Assembly (NCBI GenBank): GCA_040399505.1
Contig: JBBARZ010000002.1
Location: 18,219 to 82,218, forward strand
Length of the DNA: 64,000 nucleotides
Source of the DNA: Cyanobium sp.
Lineage (GTDB): Bacteria > Cyanobacteriota > Cyanobacteriia > PCC-6307 > Cyanobiaceae
Direction of reading: 5' to 3'
Shown: in pieces, positions 50,416-61,075 of the stretch
Position numbering within the stretch: the first letter of the stretch is position 1
How the letters are laid out: every line of letters starts with the position of its first letter
Made by a program: the position numbers and the translations under genes
Notes under the pieces: model-generated
What the model was told of the DNA's origin: nothing
What the model saw: only the letters and a program-made list of their open reading frames with translations
Databases searched by the model: none

Positions 50416-52134
50416 GTGCGGTTGAGCCCCCTACTTCGCCTTGATCTGCGGTCTCCTCAGCAACATCTTGTCCACGTTGAACTCAGCTTCATGCCCACCC
50501 AGAGGCGCCTGGAGCTGCGCCTCCCTAGCTGGACACCGGGCTCTTATTTGATCCGGGACTATGTGCGTCATCTTGAGAGGTTGATGATCTGGCAGGGCAC
50601 CCATCCACTGCCCGCCCGCCGACTCACGCCCTCCTGCTGGCTCCTGCACCTGAAGGAGCTCAATCCAATCGTGGTGCGCTACACCATTCAGGCCACGGAG
50701 CTTACGGTCCGCACTTGCCACCTGAACAACGAGCACGGTTTTCTAGCCCTAGCAGGTGTCATCCTGGAGATCGAAGGGGCCAGATGGACTCCCCATCACC
50801 TGGAATTGCTGCTTCCAGAGGGATGGGACGCTTTTCTCAGTCTTTCCCAGGTGGGGGCGAATCTCTGGCGCGCTGAAACCTTCGATGCCCTGATCGACAG
50901 TCCCATCGAAGTGGGTCCCCATCAAGAGCACTCCTTTGCGGTGGCAGCAGTTCCTCATCGCTGGGTGAGCTGGGGCGGGGATCCAACGGCCGATCCCTGC
51001 TGGCTCAGGGATGTGGAGCAGGTGTGCATGGCGTGTTGCCGCTTGATGGGGGAGGAGCGACCTCCGGGAAACCCCTATCTGTTTGTCCTTCACCTTCTCG
51101 AGGAGGGCTATGGAGGCCTCGAGCACAATCATGGCGCCGTGCTTCAGTTCAGCCGTCGACGCCTGGCCACAGCCCAGGGGCGGCGCAAACTTCTCCAGCT
51201 GGTGGCCCACGAATACCTGCATCAGTGGAATGTGCGCCGCCTCAAGCCTGCTGAACTGTGCCCTGTGGATTACGGACAGCCCATTCCCATACCCACCCTT
51301 TGGTTTGCCGAAGGGGTCACCAGCTACTACGACGTGCTCCTTCCTGGCAGTTGTGGCCTCTGCAGTGAGGAACACACCCTCGAAGAACTGGGCGAAGATT
51401 TGAATCGCTATCTCCTATGCGATGGGAGAAACGTGCAATCGCTTAGAGACAGCAGTCTGGAAGCTTGGGTGAAGCTTTATCGGCAGGACGCCTACTCCAA
51501 CAACAACCAAGTGAGCTACTACCTCAAGGGAGCGGTGCTGGCTCTGATGCTGGATCTCCATCTCCGTCGCCACGGCTCTTCCCTCAGTCTCGTGCTCCAG
51601 CAGCTTTGGAAGCGTTTTGGGCGCTGGGATGCGGGTTACCGGGAAGAGGATCTGCTGACCATCTTTGCCGACCACGCCCATGATCTGTCCACTCTCCTGC
51701 CGCATTGGCTCTGTAGTACCGAAGATCCTCCCGTGCAGTCCTATTTGCAGGATGTGGGCCTAAGCGTCAATGCCGAATCGGCCCTCCAACCCGATGCCGG
51801 GTGGCACGTGGAGCGACGGCCTGAAGGAACGCTTCAGTTGAAATCCGTTTCCCGTCATGGGGCAGCAGAGGCAGCGGGATTAGAGGTTGGGGATGAACTT
51901 TTGGCTTTGAACCGTCAAAGGGTTCGGGAGGTGAAGGATCTGGAAGCGATCCTCCTGAGCCCTTCACCATGCTCTTACCCAGTTGCCGTTCTGTTCTCGC
52001 GGGATGGCCGCGTTTGTGATACTCGGCTCACCCCGGGGCCACCGGCCATCATCCGCTGGTCAGTCCATTCCGATCCTGAGGCCAGCACGGAGGCCCTTGA
52101 GCGGCGCCGCCAATGGTTGGAGCTCGTGCCTTGA
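50416..52134 (+). CDS. M61 family metallopeptidase with PDZ domain
   Basis: P.WTPGSY.IRDY, GGLEH, AHEYLHQWN, LWFAEG.TSYY, SYYLKG motifs; C-terminal PDZ (AA.AGL..GDEL.ALN). Confidence 0.92.
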   Translation: MRLSPLLRLDLRSPQQHLVHVELSFMPTQRRLELRLPSWTPGSYLIRDYVRHLERLMIWQGTHPLPARRLTPSCWLLHLKELNPIVVRYTIQATELTVRTCHLNNEHGFLALAGVILEIEGARWTPHHLELLLPEGWDAFLSLSQVGANLWRAETFDALIDSPIEVGPHQEHSFAVAAVPHRWVSWGGDPTADPCWLRDVEQVCMACCRLMGEERPPGNPYLFVLHLLEEGYGGLEHNHGAVLQFSRRRLATAQGRRKLLQLVAHEYLHQWNVRRLKPAELCPVDYGQPIPIPTLWFAEGVTSYYDVLLPGSCGLCSEEHTLEELGEDLNRYLLCDGRNVQSLRDSSLEAWVKLYRQDAYSNNNQVSYYLKGAVLALMLDLHLRRHGSSLSLVLQQLWKRFGRWDAGYREEDLLTIFADHAHDLSTLLPHWLCSTEDPPVQSYLQDVGLSVNAESALQPDAGWHVERRPEGTLQLKSVSRHGAAEAAGLEVGDELLALNRQRVREVKDLEAILLSPSPCSYPVAVLFSRDGRVCDTRLTPGPPAIIRWSVHSDPEASTEALERRRQWLELVP

Positions 52135-53003
52135 ACCTGCCGTCCCAAGTCAGAGGGGTATTGATGGGGATGGCAGGAGCGTGCCTAGTGGCCTCCGGCA
52201 TGCTGCTCTGGCTCATTCGAGGGGCGGGAGGAAGCCCCCAGAGCCAGCGATCCCCAACCCTGCTCGACCTACTGGAAGAGGTGCGGCAAGGGGACCATCC
52301 GGAACGCCCCAGCCAACCATCCCCGAAACCGCCCGTTAGGACAGCCTGGGTCTCCCCCCTGGACAAAGCCTGCCGACCCCCCGACGATGCGCTGCGCAAG
52401 CGGTTGCAATCCCAACTGACTGCCCTGCCAACACGCATCGTCCGTCTGACCATCCACCCGACGAATTTCGGCGAACGGACCAATCAGGATGCCTACGGCA
52501 ATCCGCTGGACCCCACTCCCCGAATGGTTGTGCTGCACGAGACGGTTTACGGTCTGCGCTCCGCCATCAACACCTTCCTCACGCCCCATCCCAGAGATCA
52601 GGATCAGGTCAGTTATCACGTGTTGATTGGGGAAAAGGGAGAGGTGGTTCAGGCCCTGGATCCTTCGAAGCGGGCCTTTGGAGCAGGCAACTCAGCGTTT
52701 GGCAGCCAATGGGCAGTCACCAATGCGAAAGTCGGGGGCTCCGTCAACAATTTTGCCCTCCACCTGAGCTTGGAAACGCCCCTGGATGGAGAAGATCAGG
52801 AGAGAGTCCACAGTGGTTACAAACCTGCCCAGTACGATGCGCTGGCGCTGGTGCTGGCGGATTGGATGCGCCGCTATCCGATCGATGCGAAGGCAATAAC
52901 AACCCATCGACATGTAGACCTTGCGGGCGAGAGGGCAGATCCAAGGAGCTTCAATTGGGAGGAGCTCGGCAGACGGCTCGTGGCTCTTGGGGTGATCTGC
53001 TGA
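52131..53003 (+). CDS. N-acetylmuramoyl-L-alanine amidase (Amidase_2 family)
   Basis: N-terminal TM; VLHET, SYH.LI, RAFGAG, SVN, QY.ALA, TTH...D..ER.DP..F.W motifs. Confidence 0.88.
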   Translation: MNLPSQVRGVLMGMAGACLVASGMLLWLIRGAGGSPQSQRSPTLLDLLEEVRQGDHPERPSQPSPKPPVRTAWVSPLDKACRPPDDALRKRLQSQLTALPTRIVRLTIHPTNFGERTNQDAYGNPLDPTPRMVVLHETVYGLRSAINTFLTPHPRDQDQVSYHVLIGEKGEVVQALDPSKRAFGAGNSAFGSQWAVTNAKVGGSVNNFALHLSLETPLDGEDQERVHSGYKPAQYDALALVLADWMRRYPIDAKAITTHRHVDLAGERADPRSFNWEELGRRLVALGVIC

Positions 53004-53032
53004 GCGCTTCGTTGATCTGAGCTTGAAATGAG

Positions 53033-53869
53033 CTAAATCACAGGGCTGAGGCGAGGTTGTTTTTCGCTATAGAGAATCTCGTGCAATGCCGGATCTTGCA
53101 TATACCGCAGAATCCGGGCTGGATAATCCAGTTTTCCATTGTGAAGATAGGCAAGGGTGGCCAAACCTTTGGCATCTTTGGGATTGCCACTGGCCGTAAG
53201 CATCCGGCCACGAGGCAATTGCAGACTTGTAGACAGCCTGGCGAACTTGCCCACCAACAACTCCACGTTGTGATCTGGATCCAGGAGTTGAAAACGGGCT
53301 TCCTCAATCTCCTCAGCAGTGGCGTCTTCAGGAAGAAGGCCCTGCTTCACCATTTCACCCACACTCAGCTGAGCAGGCCCCTGTGTCTGGAACAAACCAC
53401 TACGCACAGCAATGGCACTGTCCTCGCCTGGCTTGGCATGATGCATCTCATCAAATAAAACCGCAGCCACGAGCATGGGATTGATCCGGTGTCGGGCACT
53501 GTGACGAAGGATGAGGGGGCGAAGCTCCTCCAATTGAGACAGGGTGTGGTGGCGAAGGGGTTGAAGCTGGTCCAACCCCTCAGTGAACAGCTGAGCGATG
53601 GCTGGTTGGGGACCGTGGACCCCGAAACGCCGGTTTAGTTCACGGAGCTCCTCAGGAGTGAAATCAACAGGATCAGGACGCTGTCCCTCCAGGGGAGAGG
53701 AGTGGTGGACACTCTCAGCACGAGATTCAGAGATCAGCTGCCTGGCGCCAGGAAAATTACTGGCCCCAATCCGCTGTATCGCCAAACCCAATCCCCCAAA
53801 ACCGAAAACCACAGCAAGAGCTGTCAAGTAGAGACGCCCCTGATGGGGTCGTAAAGATTTGGGAATCAT
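53033..53869 (-). CDS. Membrane-anchored lysozyme/SLT-fold hypothetical protein
   Basis: INPMLVAAVLFDE, GPAQL, L.DP..N, LHNG motifs resembling SLT/GH23 signatures; start moved to ATG 53869. Confidence 0.6.
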   Translation of the reverse strand: MIPKSLRPHQGRLYLTALAVVFGFGGLGLAIQRIGASNFPGARQLISESRAESVHHSSPLEGQRPDPVDFTPEELRELNRRFGVHGPQPAIAQLFTEGLDQLQPLRHHTLSQLEELRPLILRHSARHRINPMLVAAVLFDEMHHAKPGEDSAIAVRSGLFQTQGPAQLSVGEMVKQGLLPEDATAEEIEEARFQLLDPDHNVELLVGKFARLSTSLQLPRGRMLTASGNPKDAKGLATLAYLHNGKLDYPARILRYMQDPALHEILYSEKQPRLSPVI

Positions 53870-54052
53870 CGGCAACTTGTGTTGGGGTGAAGATCCCAAA
53901 CAAGACCTCCCAGAACGCGTTCTCAGCCCATTATTTGGGTTCTTGCCGTTGTGTCCAGGGTTGGGCCGTTCGGTCCTCCCGCTGGCCCATCCATAAACAG
54001 TGCCTTCAGACGGTTCAGTACGGTGCTCAACATGCGCGGTACCCCTGCGGCC

Positions 54053-55672
54053 ATGTCCACGTTTCCGCCGTCGACTGCTTTCCCGCCGCTCAGGGCCTCT
54101 GATCCAGACCAACTGTGGCAGCGGTTTCAAGCTCTTCTCTGGCATGACAGCGAGCTGGGGATCTGGCTGGATCCAAGCCGAATGGCACTCAATGGCGAGG
54201 ATCTTCTGCACCTGGATCCCCTCTTCGCTTCCGCTTTCGCGGCCATGGATGCGCTGGAAGCTGGAGCGGTGGCGAATCGGGATGAGGAACGCCAGGTGGG
54301 CCACTATTGGCTTCGGGCTCCGAATCGTGCCCCCACTCCCGAACTGCAACAGCTGATTAATAGGGAAATTGATGGTTTAGAGACCTTTGCCCATGAGGTG
54401 AGGGAAGGCCGGAGGACCGCTCCAACAGGAACCCCCTTCACAGATGTGCTCTGGATCGGGATCGGTGGGTCTGGTCTCGGCCCCCTCTTGATGGTGAAGG
54501 CCCTTCAACGGGTGGGCCAAGGGATCCCCTTCCATTTTTTCGACAATGTGGATCCACAGGGAATGAGTGCCACTCTCGCTTCCCTTGGCCCCCGCTTGCA
54601 GACAACGCTGGTTGTTGTGGTGAGCAAATCCGGCGGCACCCCGGAACCCCGCCTGGGTATGCAGCAAGCCAGGGCGAGGGTGGAGTCTGTGGGTGGTCGA
54701 TGGTCGCAACAAGCGGTAGCGATCACCATGCAAGGAAGCCAATTGGATCAGCTGGCGAGCAGCGAGGGGTGGCTTGCCCGCTTCGACATGCCCGACTGGG
54801 TGGGTGGGCGGACCAGCATCACCAGTGCGGTGGGCCTTTTACCGGCAGCACTCATCGGAGCCGACCTTAGGGCTTTCCTTGACGGTGCAGCGTCCATGGA
54901 TCGCCTAACCAGGGACCACGCCCTGCGAAGAAATCCAGCGGCCCTTCTGGCAGCGTCCTGGTTCGTTGCCGGAGGAGGCCAGGGACGTCGCGACATGGTG
55001 GTGCTTCCCTATCGGGATCGCTTGGAGGTCTTCAGCCGCTACCTCCAGCAGCTCGTCATGGAGTCCTTGGGCAAGAAACTAGATCGCAATGGAAACGAGG
55101 TTCATCAAGGTCTGGCGGTTTATGGAAACAAGGGCTCCACGGATCAGCACGCTTATGTTCAACAACTGCGCGATGGCCTAGATAACTTTTTCGTGGTGTT
55201 TATCGAAGCTCTCGACGAACCCGTTGATGTTTCAGCAATCAATGGAGACCATCCGGCTGATTTCCTGGCAGGTTTTTTGCAGGGAACCCGTGCGGCCCTT
55301 TGCGAGGGCGAACGCCAATCCCTCACGATCACCCTGGAGCGTTTTAATGAGCGTTCCCTGGGGGCCCTAATTGCCCTGTTTGAGAGAGCCGTTGGGTTCT
55401 ATGGGGAACTGATCAACGTCAATGCCTATCATCAGCCTGGCGTGGAGGCCGGCAAAAAGGCTGCCGCGGAGATTCTCACCCTGCAAGAAAAGTTGGAGAA
55501 CACCCTTAGCTCTGGTCAAACCTATGGCCTGGAAGTTCTACAGAAGGCTCTCCAGATCGAGAGTCCTGAACCCCTGTTCTGGATCCTTCGCCATCTTTGT
55601 TTCAACGGGCGCGGCTATCAAGCCAGCGGAGACTGGGGCAAGCCCCAGTCCCTGCGGTTTCAGAAAACCTGA
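54053..55672 (+). CDS. pgi: Glucose-6-phosphate isomerase
   Basis: GIGGSGLG, SKSGGT.E, VGGRTS, QQL.MESLGK, DQH...Q, QPGVE.GK motifs. Confidence 0.96.
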   Translation: MSTFPPSTAFPPLRASDPDQLWQRFQALLWHDSELGIWLDPSRMALNGEDLLHLDPLFASAFAAMDALEAGAVANRDEERQVGHYWLRAPNRAPTPELQQLINREIDGLETFAHEVREGRRTAPTGTPFTDVLWIGIGGSGLGPLLMVKALQRVGQGIPFHFFDNVDPQGMSATLASLGPRLQTTLVVVVSKSGGTPEPRLGMQQARARVESVGGRWSQQAVAITMQGSQLDQLASSEGWLARFDMPDWVGGRTSITSAVGLLPAALIGADLRAFLDGAASMDRLTRDHALRRNPAALLAASWFVAGGGQGRRDMVVLPYRDRLEVFSRYLQQLVMESLGKKLDRNGNEVHQGLAVYGNKGSTDQHAYVQQLRDGLDNFFVVFIEALDEPVDVSAINGDHPADFLAGFLQGTRAALCEGERQSLTITLERFNERSLGALIALFERAVGFYGELINVNAYHQPGVEAGKKAAAEILTLQEKLENTLSSGQTYGLEVLQKALQIESPEPLFWILRHLCFNGRGYQASGDWGKPQSLRFQKT

Positions 55673-55675
55673 GCC

Positions 55676-58378
55676 TCAGGGCACCAAATTGACCAGTTTG
55701 CCGGGAACCACGATCACCCGGCGGGGTTGCTGGCCCTCCAACCACTTAGCGGCCACATCGCTTTCCAGGGCCAAGCGTTCCAGGGTGGCGGAATCCGCAT
55801 CAGCCGGCACCTCCAGGTTGCCCCGCACCTTGCCCTTCACCTGAATCACCAGGGGAATCGTGTCCCGTGCCAGGGCCGTCCTATCCAACAGGGGCCATCT
55901 CTGGCGATGCACACTGCTGGACGCGGGATCAACCAGGCGTTGCCAGAGCTCTTCCGCCAAATGGGGAGCGAAGGGTGCCAGGAGCAACACCAAAGTGCGA
56001 AGGGCCTCCTGAGCCACGACGGGTCGCACTTCAAGCAGGAGGGATGCCATGGCATTGGCCAGCTTCATCAACTCCGACACGGCCGTATTGAGTTGCAGAT
56101 CACCCTCTAGGTCGTCGCTCACCTCCTGTATGGCCGTGTGCACAGCCCGCCGCAGGTTCTTTTCTGGCGGCTGTAGATCAGCAAAGCCGGCTGGATCATC
56201 TGGCAGTCCGATCCAGCCCCCTGCGACTCCTTGAGCGAGGCTCAAGCCCTCCTCCCTGGCCGTTTCCACCAAACGCCAGAGACGCTGAAGAAAGCGAAAC
56301 TGCCCTTCCACATCAGCGTCATCCCACTCCAGATCCTTCTCCGGTGGCGCCTTGAAGAGAATGAACATCCGCGCTGTATCGGCGCCATAACGCTCGATCA
56401 CAGAAGTGGGATCAACGCCATTATATTTGGATTTCGACATCTTGTCGAAACTCACTGTCAACGGCTCACCACTGTTTGGATCTCGAGGATCATTGATATC
56501 GGCGACATCATCAGGGGAGATGTATTTGCCGTTATGAGGATTCCGATAGGTAAGACCTTGTACCATCCCTTGGGTCAAAAGGCGGGTAAAGGGTTCATCA
56601 AAATTGAGCAAGCCCCGATCCCGCAGCACCTTTGTGAAGAAGCGTGAGTACAGAAGATGGAGAATGGCATGTTCAATTCCACCAACATACTGATCCACAG
56701 GAAGCCAATTGTTGACCGCCTCCTTGCTGAAAGGAACCTGATCATTCAAAGGATCCGCGTAACGCAGGTAATACCAGCTTGAGCACATGAACGTGTCCAT
56801 CGTGTCCGTCTCGCGCCGGGCCTGCTTTCCACAGCTGGGGCAGGCCACCTGCAACCACCCCTCAAGCTGCCCCAGGGGAGAACCGCCCCGCCCCTCCAGG
56901 GCGATTCCCGTGGGCAGGAGGACTGGCAACGCATCAAGGGGCACGGGCACATCTCCGCAATGCGGGCAATGCACCATCGGGATGGGACAGCCCCAGTAGC
57001 GCTGGCGGGAGATCAACCAATCCCGCAGGCGGTATTGCACCCGGGAACGGCCCCAGCCCCCCGCTTCCGCCGCAGCCACAATGCGCTCTTTGGCCTCCTG
57101 GGAGGGCAACCCCTCGTAGGGACCGGAGTCAATTAGTACACCTGGTTCAGTCCAGGCACCACCAGCGAAAGCGCTGGGATCGGCACCCTCGGGAATGATC
57201 ACCTGGCGCACGGGAAGCTCATGCTGGCGTGCAAAAAGAAAATCCCGCTGATCGTGAGCTGGCACCCCCATGACGGCCCCGGAGCCGTAATCCGCCAGCA
57301 CGTAGTCGGCGATCCAAAGGGGGATGGTCTCCCCAGTTGCCGGATGGCGCACAAGGGCCCCGATAGGGACCCCTCGCTTTGGACGGGCCTCGTCGGTGCG
57401 CTCCTGCTCACTCTCTAAACCCACGAGATCGCAGAAGGCCTCCACGGAAAGCCTGTGCTCTGACGTTGTGAGGGAGGGCACGAGGGGATGTTCCGGCGCC
57501 AACACGAGGTAGGTCACCCCATAAAGCGTGTCGGGGCGGGTGGTAAACACGGTGATGGTGGCGCCGGTGGCTGCTCCATCAAGGCCCACGACGGGAAAAT
57601 CCAGCTCGGCACCGCTAGAGCGGCCAATCCAGTTGGCCTGCATGGTGCGGACCCGCTCCGGCCAATGTTGGAGATGCTGGAGGTCCTCCAGCAACGGGTC
57701 GGCGTAGGCCGTGATGTTGAGAAACCATTGCCGCAGCTTCCTTTTCTCGACGAGAGCTCCGGAACGCCAGGACCGACCCTCCCCATCCACCTGTTCATTG
57801 GCCAGAACGGTCTGATCCAGGGGATCCCAGTTCACCGTGGCTTCCTTGCGGTAGGCCAATCCCGCTTCCCAGAACTGAAGAAACAACCACTGGGTCCAGC
57901 GGTAGTAGTCGGGCTTGCAGGTGGTCACCTCCCGTGACCAATCAATGGAGAGGCCCAGGCGCTCCAGCTGGGCACGCATCTGGGCAATGTTGCGCTCGGT
58001 CCACTCCGCCGGGTCCACTCCCCGTTCAATCGCGGCGTTCTCGGCGGGCAAGCCAAACGCATCCCAGCCCATCGGGTGGAGAACCCGCCGACCGAGCATG
58101 CGTTGATGGCGAGCCACCACATCGGTAATCACATAGTTGCGCACATGACCCATGTGCAGGGTTCCCGAGGGGTAGGGGAACATGGACAGCGCATAGAAGG
58201 GCTCTCCAGAGCCCGGGCCCTCATCCGTGACATCGAGGTGCTCCTCCTTCCACTGTTGTTGCCAATGGGTCTCGATCTCCTGGGGCCTGTAGCGGGAGGG
58301 ATCGGTCACGGCAAGGAGCTGAAAGGCTTGGAGGGCAGGAGGGCCAGACATAGAACCCAGCCCATTCGATGGTGCCAC
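55676..58378 (-). CDS. leuS: Leucine--tRNA ligase
   Basis: MFPYPSG.LHMGH (HIGH), [30 protein letters not shown]; true start may be slightly downstream. Confidence 0.97.
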   Translation of the reverse strand: MAPSNGLGSMSGPPALQAFQLLAVTDPSRYRPQEIETHWQQQWKEEHLDVTDEGPGSGEPFYALSMFPYPSGTLHMGHVRNYVITDVVARHQRMLGRRVLHPMGWDAFGLPAENAAIERGVDPAEWTERNIAQMRAQLERLGLSIDWSREVTTCKPDYYRWTQWLFLQFWEAGLAYRKEATVNWDPLDQTVLANEQVDGEGRSWRSGALVEKRKLRQWFLNITAYADPLLEDLQHLQHWPERVRTMQANWIGRSSGAELDFPVVGLDGAATGATITVFTTRPDTLYGVTYLVLAPEHPLVPSLTTSEHRLSVEAFCDLVGLESEQERTDEARPKRGVPIGALVRHPATGETIPLWIADYVLADYGSGAVMGVPAHDQRDFLFARQHELPVRQVIIPEGADPSAFAGGAWTEPGVLIDSGPYEGLPSQEAKERIVAAAEAGGWGRSRVQYRLRDWLISRQRYWGCPIPMVHCPHCGDVPVPLDALPVLLPTGIALEGRGGSPLGQLEGWLQVACPSCGKQARRETDTMDTFMCSSWYYLRYADPLNDQVPFSKEAVNNWLPVDQYVGGIEHAILHLLYSRFFTKVLRDRGLLNFDEPFTRLLTQGMVQGLTYRNPHNGKYISPDDVADINDPRDPNSGEPLTVSFDKMSKSKYNGVDPTSVIERYGADTARMFILFKAPPEKDLEWDDADVEGQFRFLQRLWRLVETAREEGLSLAQGVAGGWIGLPDDPAGFADLQPPEKNLRRAVHTAIQEVSDDLEGDLQLNTAVSELMKLANAMASLLLEVRPVVAQEALRTLVLLLAPFAPHLAEELWQRLVDPASSSVHRQRWPLLDRTALARDTIPLVIQVKGKVRGNLEVPADADSATLERLALESDVAAKWLEGQQPRRVIVVPGKLVNLVP

Positions 58379-58412
58379 ATGTGCTCAACAAGGGCGCTGG
58401 TGGGAGCGCAGC

Positions 58413-58652
58413 TCAGAGAAGGGCACGAAGGACCGTGATCGCCTCCCGATTCACCATCATCAGCGGTTGATTCGCCTTCTGGCGAAGGGCCAGATAGTGG
58501 AGGTCTTGCCACTTGATCACGCCTTCCACCTCCTGCCCCCCTACCAGGCTGAGGCTGACAACCGTGCGGGTGCGGATGAGCTCCTGGATATGGCGCACAC
58601 TGGGCAGCGAGGTGTCGAGCCTGGTGGGGCGGTTTTCAAAGAAGCTCTGCAT
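58413..58652 (-). CDS. hfq: Cyanobacterial Hfq-like Sm protein
   Basis: DTSLPSVR.IQ..IR.......L..G..EG...WQD motif; position between leuS and dapF. Confidence 0.88.
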   Translation of the reverse strand: MQSFFENRPTRLDTSLPSVRHIQELIRTRTVVSLSLVGGQEVEGVIKWQDLHYLALRQKANQPLMMVNREAITVLRALL

Positions 58653-58686
58653 AGGATCAACTCTGGTGCTCCAAGCGGCAAGCGGG

Positions 58687-59817
58687 ATGGAATTCAGCAA
58701 GTATCAAGGTCTGGGCAATGATTTTCTGCTCATCGACCTGCGAGACAAGCCCTTGGATGGGGAGGGTCTCCAAGCCAACCCGGAGCTGGTGCAACGGCTT
58801 TGCGATCGCCGGTTCGGAGTGGGAGCCGACGGGGTGATCCTGGCCCTTCCCTCTGGGTCAGGGGCTGAACTCCGGATGCAGATCTTTAATGCCGATGGGT
58901 CGGAAGCCGAGATGTGCGGCAACGGGATCCGCTGCCTCGCCAAATTTCTGGCCGATCGGGATGGGGATGGCTTTGGGCGGCGATGGGGAGTGGAAACCGC
59001 GGCGGGCCCGATCCTGCCGGAACTCCAGGCGGATGGACAGGTTCGGGTGGACATGGGCCCCCCCTTCCTTGAGCCCGACTCCGTGCCTACCCATCTTCCC
59101 AAGGGGCCTGCAGGGCTGCCGCAGGGGCAACTCAGCGTGCTGGATACCTCCTGGAATGTGGCCGCCGCGGGCATGGGGAACCCCCACGTGGTGATTCCCG
59201 TGCCCGATGTGATGGCGATGGATCTGGAAGCAGTGGGAGCAGTCCTGGAGGTGCACCCGCTCTTCCCGGCACGCACTAACGTCCACCTGGTGCAGGTGCT
59301 CAGCCCCACCCACCTCCAGATGCGGGTATGGGAACGGGGTGCCGGCCCCACCCTGGCCTGCGGCACCGGAGCCTGCGCCACCCTGGTGGCCTGTCATCTG
59401 CTGGGGTTGTGCGAACGGGAAGCCCGGCTGGATCTACCGGGTGGTCCGCTCCAAATCGCCTGGAATGGGACCACCAACCACGTATTCATGACAGGGCCAG
59501 CGGAACGGGTCTTTGACGGCCAGCTGGCCGCCCCCCTGGCCGACGAGTTGGGCACCGCCTTGGGCCTGAAGGGTTGGCAGAGCCGCCCCATCGGAGCCGC
59601 CCCCGGTGGGGGCGAAGACCAAGACCCGATGGACTGCGCCACGGCATGCACTCAGGGCTGCCAGCGCCCTCAGGCCTGTCCCAGTGCGGAAGCACGGGCA
59701 AAGGTGGCCGCCCTCCTGGAGGGGAGTTCCCTCGACGATCTGGTGCGTTTGGCCAATGATTCCCTCGAAAGCCGCCTGCTGGGTCGCCGGGCCGCGGATG
59801 GCTGGGGAAGTGGTTGA
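58687..59817 (+). CDS. dapF: Diaminopimelate epimerase with C-terminal Cys-rich extension
   Basis: F.KYQGLGNDF, DRRFGVGADG, EMCGNG.RC, MGNPH, ERGAG.TLACGTG motifs. Confidence 0.95.
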   Translation: MEFSKYQGLGNDFLLIDLRDKPLDGEGLQANPELVQRLCDRRFGVGADGVILALPSGSGAELRMQIFNADGSEAEMCGNGIRCLAKFLADRDGDGFGRRWGVETAAGPILPELQADGQVRVDMGPPFLEPDSVPTHLPKGPAGLPQGQLSVLDTSWNVAAAGMGNPHVVIPVPDVMAMDLEAVGAVLEVHPLFPARTNVHLVQVLSPTHLQMRVWERGAGPTLACGTGACATLVACHLLGLCEREARLDLPGGPLQIAWNGTTNHVFMTGPAERVFDGQLAAPLADELGTALGLKGWQSRPIGAAPGGGEDQDPMDCATACTQGCQRPQACPSAEARAKVAALLEGSSLDDLVRLANDSLESRLLGRRAADGWGSG

Positions 59818-61030
59818 TCCAGTTTCGGCGACAACTCTGTATCTGGATGCTTGCGCCACCACCCCCCTGGCTCCTGAGGCGCTTGGGGCCATGGAAGAGG
59901 TTTGGCGGAACGGCTGGGGGAACCCTTCCAGTCTTCACGCCTTCGGGGTGGCAGCGGCGGAACAGCTGGAGCGCAGCCGGATGGATTTGGCAGCAGATCT
60001 CGGGGCCGAACCGGAGGAGGTGGTGTGGTGCTCTGGGGGAAGTGAGGCCATCCAGATGGCCGTTCTGGGCAGCGCGGCCACCCTCGAACCGGGCCGCCTG
60101 GTCATCAGCGCCGTGGAGCATCCGGCCAGCGAAGCCGCTGCAGGCGTTCTCACCAGGCGGGGCTGGCAGGTGGAACGCTTGCCCGTGGATCGCCAGGGTG
60201 TGCTGTGCCTGGAGCAGTTGGAGCCTCTGTTGGAACCGCCCACCCGACTGGTTTCGATCATCTGGGGCCAAAGTGAGGTGGGTAGTGTGCAACCTGTCAG
60301 CGCCGTGGGTCATCTGTGCCGGCAGCGCGGAATCCTCCTCCACGTGGATGCAGTGCAGGTTCTGGGCCATGCCCTGATGGATTGGGGGAGCCTGCCTGTG
60401 GATCTGCTCAGCGCAGCCGCCCACAAGCTCCAGGGTCCCAGGGGAATCGGAGTGTTGCTCGTCCGCAGGGGCCTGGCGCTGGAACCCCTGATTGGCGGAG
60501 TGCAAGAAAGGGGGCGCCGAGGCGGCACGGAACCGGTGGCCCTGGCCGCTGGCTTTGCAGCTGCCCTGCGGGTCTGCCAAACACGGCTTCAGGCCCATGG
60601 CGGTTGCGATCCCCTTGGCCAGCTGCGCGATGGCCTCTGGCAAGCGGTTCAAACCCTCCCTGGCGTGGAGTTGCTCGGGCCGGAGCCCACTGATGCCGGG
60701 CGGCGACTTCCCCACCATCTCAGCCTGCTCGTTCGCTCAGCACAGGGGCGACCGATCCCCGGACGTGTCTTGGTGCGAGCGCTCGACAGGAGGGGCCTGG
60801 CCTGCAGCAGCGGCGCAGCCTGCAGTGCCCGACGCGCCTCCCACCAGGGATCAGAGAGTAACCCAGCCGGGGCAAGTCCGGTATTGATGGCCATGGGCTT
60901 TAGCCCCGAGGAAGCAGTAGCCGGATTGCGCCTGAGCCTGGGTCCATGGCTTGAGGCCAAGGATCTGACCACGGTGCCGCAGACCCTCAGTCAAGCCATC
61001 GCGGAGGCGGAGGATTCCCTTGACCCATGA
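59798..61030 (+). CDS. Cysteine desulfurase (NifS/IscS-like, class V PLP enzyme)
   Basis: YLDACATTP, GNPSS.H, EH, HVDAVQ, AHK.QGPRG.G, QE.GRR.GT, SSGAACS motifs. Confidence 0.92.
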   Translation: MAGEVVDPVSATTLYLDACATTPLAPEALGAMEEVWRNGWGNPSSLHAFGVAAAEQLERSRMDLAADLGAEPEEVVWCSGGSEAIQMAVLGSAATLEPGRLVISAVEHPASEAAAGVLTRRGWQVERLPVDRQGVLCLEQLEPLLEPPTRLVSIIWGQSEVGSVQPVSAVGHLCRQRGILLHVDAVQVLGHALMDWGSLPVDLLSAAAHKLQGPRGIGVLLVRRGLALEPLIGGVQERGRRGGTEPVALAAGFAAALRVCQTRLQAHGGCDPLGQLRDGLWQAVQTLPGVELLGPEPTDAGRRLPHHLSLLVRSAQGRPIPGRVLVRALDRRGLACSSGAACSARRASHQGSESNPAGASPVLMAMGFSPEEAVAGLRLSLGPWLEAKDLTTVPQTLSQAIAEAEDSLDP

Positions 61031-61075
61031 CCTGGGGTATCAACATTAGGGTCTGCCCTTTCAGCGAATCAAGCC

